A stretch of 33,045 bases of DNA from a virus: positions 1 through 33,045 of IMG/VR virus record IMGVR_UViG_3300045988_036764, one strand, 5' to 3'. How positions within the stretch are numbered: the stretch's first letter is position 1; the number at the start of each line of letters is the position of its first letter. Position numbers and translations under genes: made by a program. The notes under the pieces were generated by a model. It saw only the letters and a program-made list of their open reading frames with translations. It did no database searches and was not told where the DNA came from. Shown piece after piece: positions 32,358 to 33,045 of the stretch.

Positions 32358-33045
32358 ATGAGTGATGAAAATATTCATATAAAGTCTAATGATGATGATA
32401 AAATCATTGTCAAAGATAATACCCAAATTATTAAATTGCAAGGGCCGAAGGGTGAACCAGGACCACCAGGGCCTCCTGGTCTTCCAGGGCCGAAAGGTGA
32501 ACCTGGTAAAAATGGAGTTGATGGTGTAAACGGCGAGCGAGGTATTCAAGGGCCACCAGGACCTCCTGGTAAGGACGGAGTTAACGGAGCAAAAGGTGAA
32601 CAAGGAATTCCTGGACCACCTGGCCCAAAAGGTGAACCGTTCAAATATTCCGATTTTACTGCTGAGCAATTAGCATTACTTAAAGGCCCTAAAGGAGATA
32701 AAGGTGAACCAGGCCCTCCTGGTACTGGTGCTAATGTAGACCTTAGTGGATATACAACAAAGATAGATGCTGATAATCTTTATTTAAAGAAAGTAGATTT
32801 AAGAAGCTATCTAACAATGTTAGGAGACCCCAAGTATGCGTTAAAAACAGAGTTAACTAGTTATTTACTAAAAACCGATGCTGAAACCAACTACAGCAAA
32901 AAGACTGAATTAGATAACTATGTTAAAAAATCTGAAATTAATCAGTATACTTCAGCATCTAATGTACAACTTACTCCAGAACAACTTGAAAAATTAAGAG
33001 GGCCACAAGGCCCTAAAGGTGAGCCATTTAGATATAGCGACTTTA
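32358..33045 (+). CDS. Collagen-like tail fibre protein, N-terminal part (ORF runs off the window end and continues at nt 49)
   Basis: ATG at 32358 follows GGGGGAAATAAT. Translation: [74 protein letters not shown]..., i.e. G-X-Y repeats. No stop before the window end. It lies downstream of the baseplate and fibre genes. Confidence 0.85.
   Translation, partial: MSDENIHIKSNDDDKIIVKDNTQIIKLQGPKGEPGPPGPPGLPGPKGEPGKNGVDGVNGERGIQGPPGPPGKDGVNGAKGEQGIPGPPGPKGEPFKYSDFTAEQLALLKGPKGDKGEPGPPGTGANVDLSGYTTKIDADNLYLKKVDLRSYLTMLGDPKYALKTELTSYLLKTDAETNYSKKTELDNYVKKSEINQYTSASNVQLTPEQLEKLRGPQGPKGEPFRYSDF
32998..33045. repeat. Terminal overlap copy 2 (identical to 1-48); signature of a circular or concatemeric template
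   Basis: Exact 48/48 identity with the window start. The ORF frame (codon starts divisible by 3) is continuous across the junction. Confidence 0.95.

Larger units (their letters stand above)
1..33045 (+). mobile_element. Complete temperate phage genome (HK97-type head, Xkd/PBSX-type contractile tail), circularly permuted in this window
   Basis: Integrase, repressor, attP-like repeats, terminase S/L, portal, protease, capsid, sheath, tube, tape measure, baseplate, fibres and lysis genes are all present. The first 48 nt equal the last 48 nt. Confidence 0.9.

Noticed and set aside
32337-32669. 110-aa minus-strand ORF
   Set aside because: It is the reverse complement of the G-X-Y collagen repeat (a PWW/RPW-type translation). 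This is a known artefact of collagen-like genes.

Overview
The window is a complete temperate phage genome with a contractile tail, shown circularly permuted. Nt 1-48 are identical to nt 32998-33045, so the unit length is 32,997 bp, and a collagen-like tail-fibre gene (32358 -> 518) runs across the window junction. Almost everything is on the + strand. In order: (1) the end of the tail-fibre gene; (2) a lysis cassette with membrane proteins, a GH25 endolysin and two almost fully overlapping spanin-like ORFs in different frames; (3) attP with two families of arm-type direct repeats; (4) a minus-strand lysogeny block with tyrosine integrase, ImmA-like metallopeptidase and XRE/cI-like repressor; (5) a divergent switch region with repeated ACGGAAAnCnG operators; (6) early genes: Cro-like, Xis-like, HUH rolling-circle Rep, SSB, a trimeric autotransporter adhesin inserted in the operon, Bro-N/KilAC antirepressor, YopX-like, several small Cys-rich ORFs and a sigma-like late regulator; (7) two HNH endonucleases and a probable cos site; (8) terminase S/L and HK97-type portal, protease and capsid; (9) head-tail joining genes; (10) a PBSX/Xkd-like module of sheath, tube, chaperone (-1 frameshift), tape measure, baseplate and fibres. 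The gene content and strong AGGAGG-type ribosome-binding sites are Firmicute-style. Outer-membrane functions (YadA-type anchor, spanin-like ORFs) and A+T-rich DNA then suggest a diderm Firmicute host (Negativicutes, Veillonella-like). That host call is inference only. The strongest signal not explained by genes is the octamer TGATGCGG. By hand count it has 17 copies, all on the + strand and none on the - strand, including copies antisense to minus-strand genes and in non-coding hairpins. I read it as a candidate Chi-like polar motif. No rRNA, tRNA or CRISPR array was seen.
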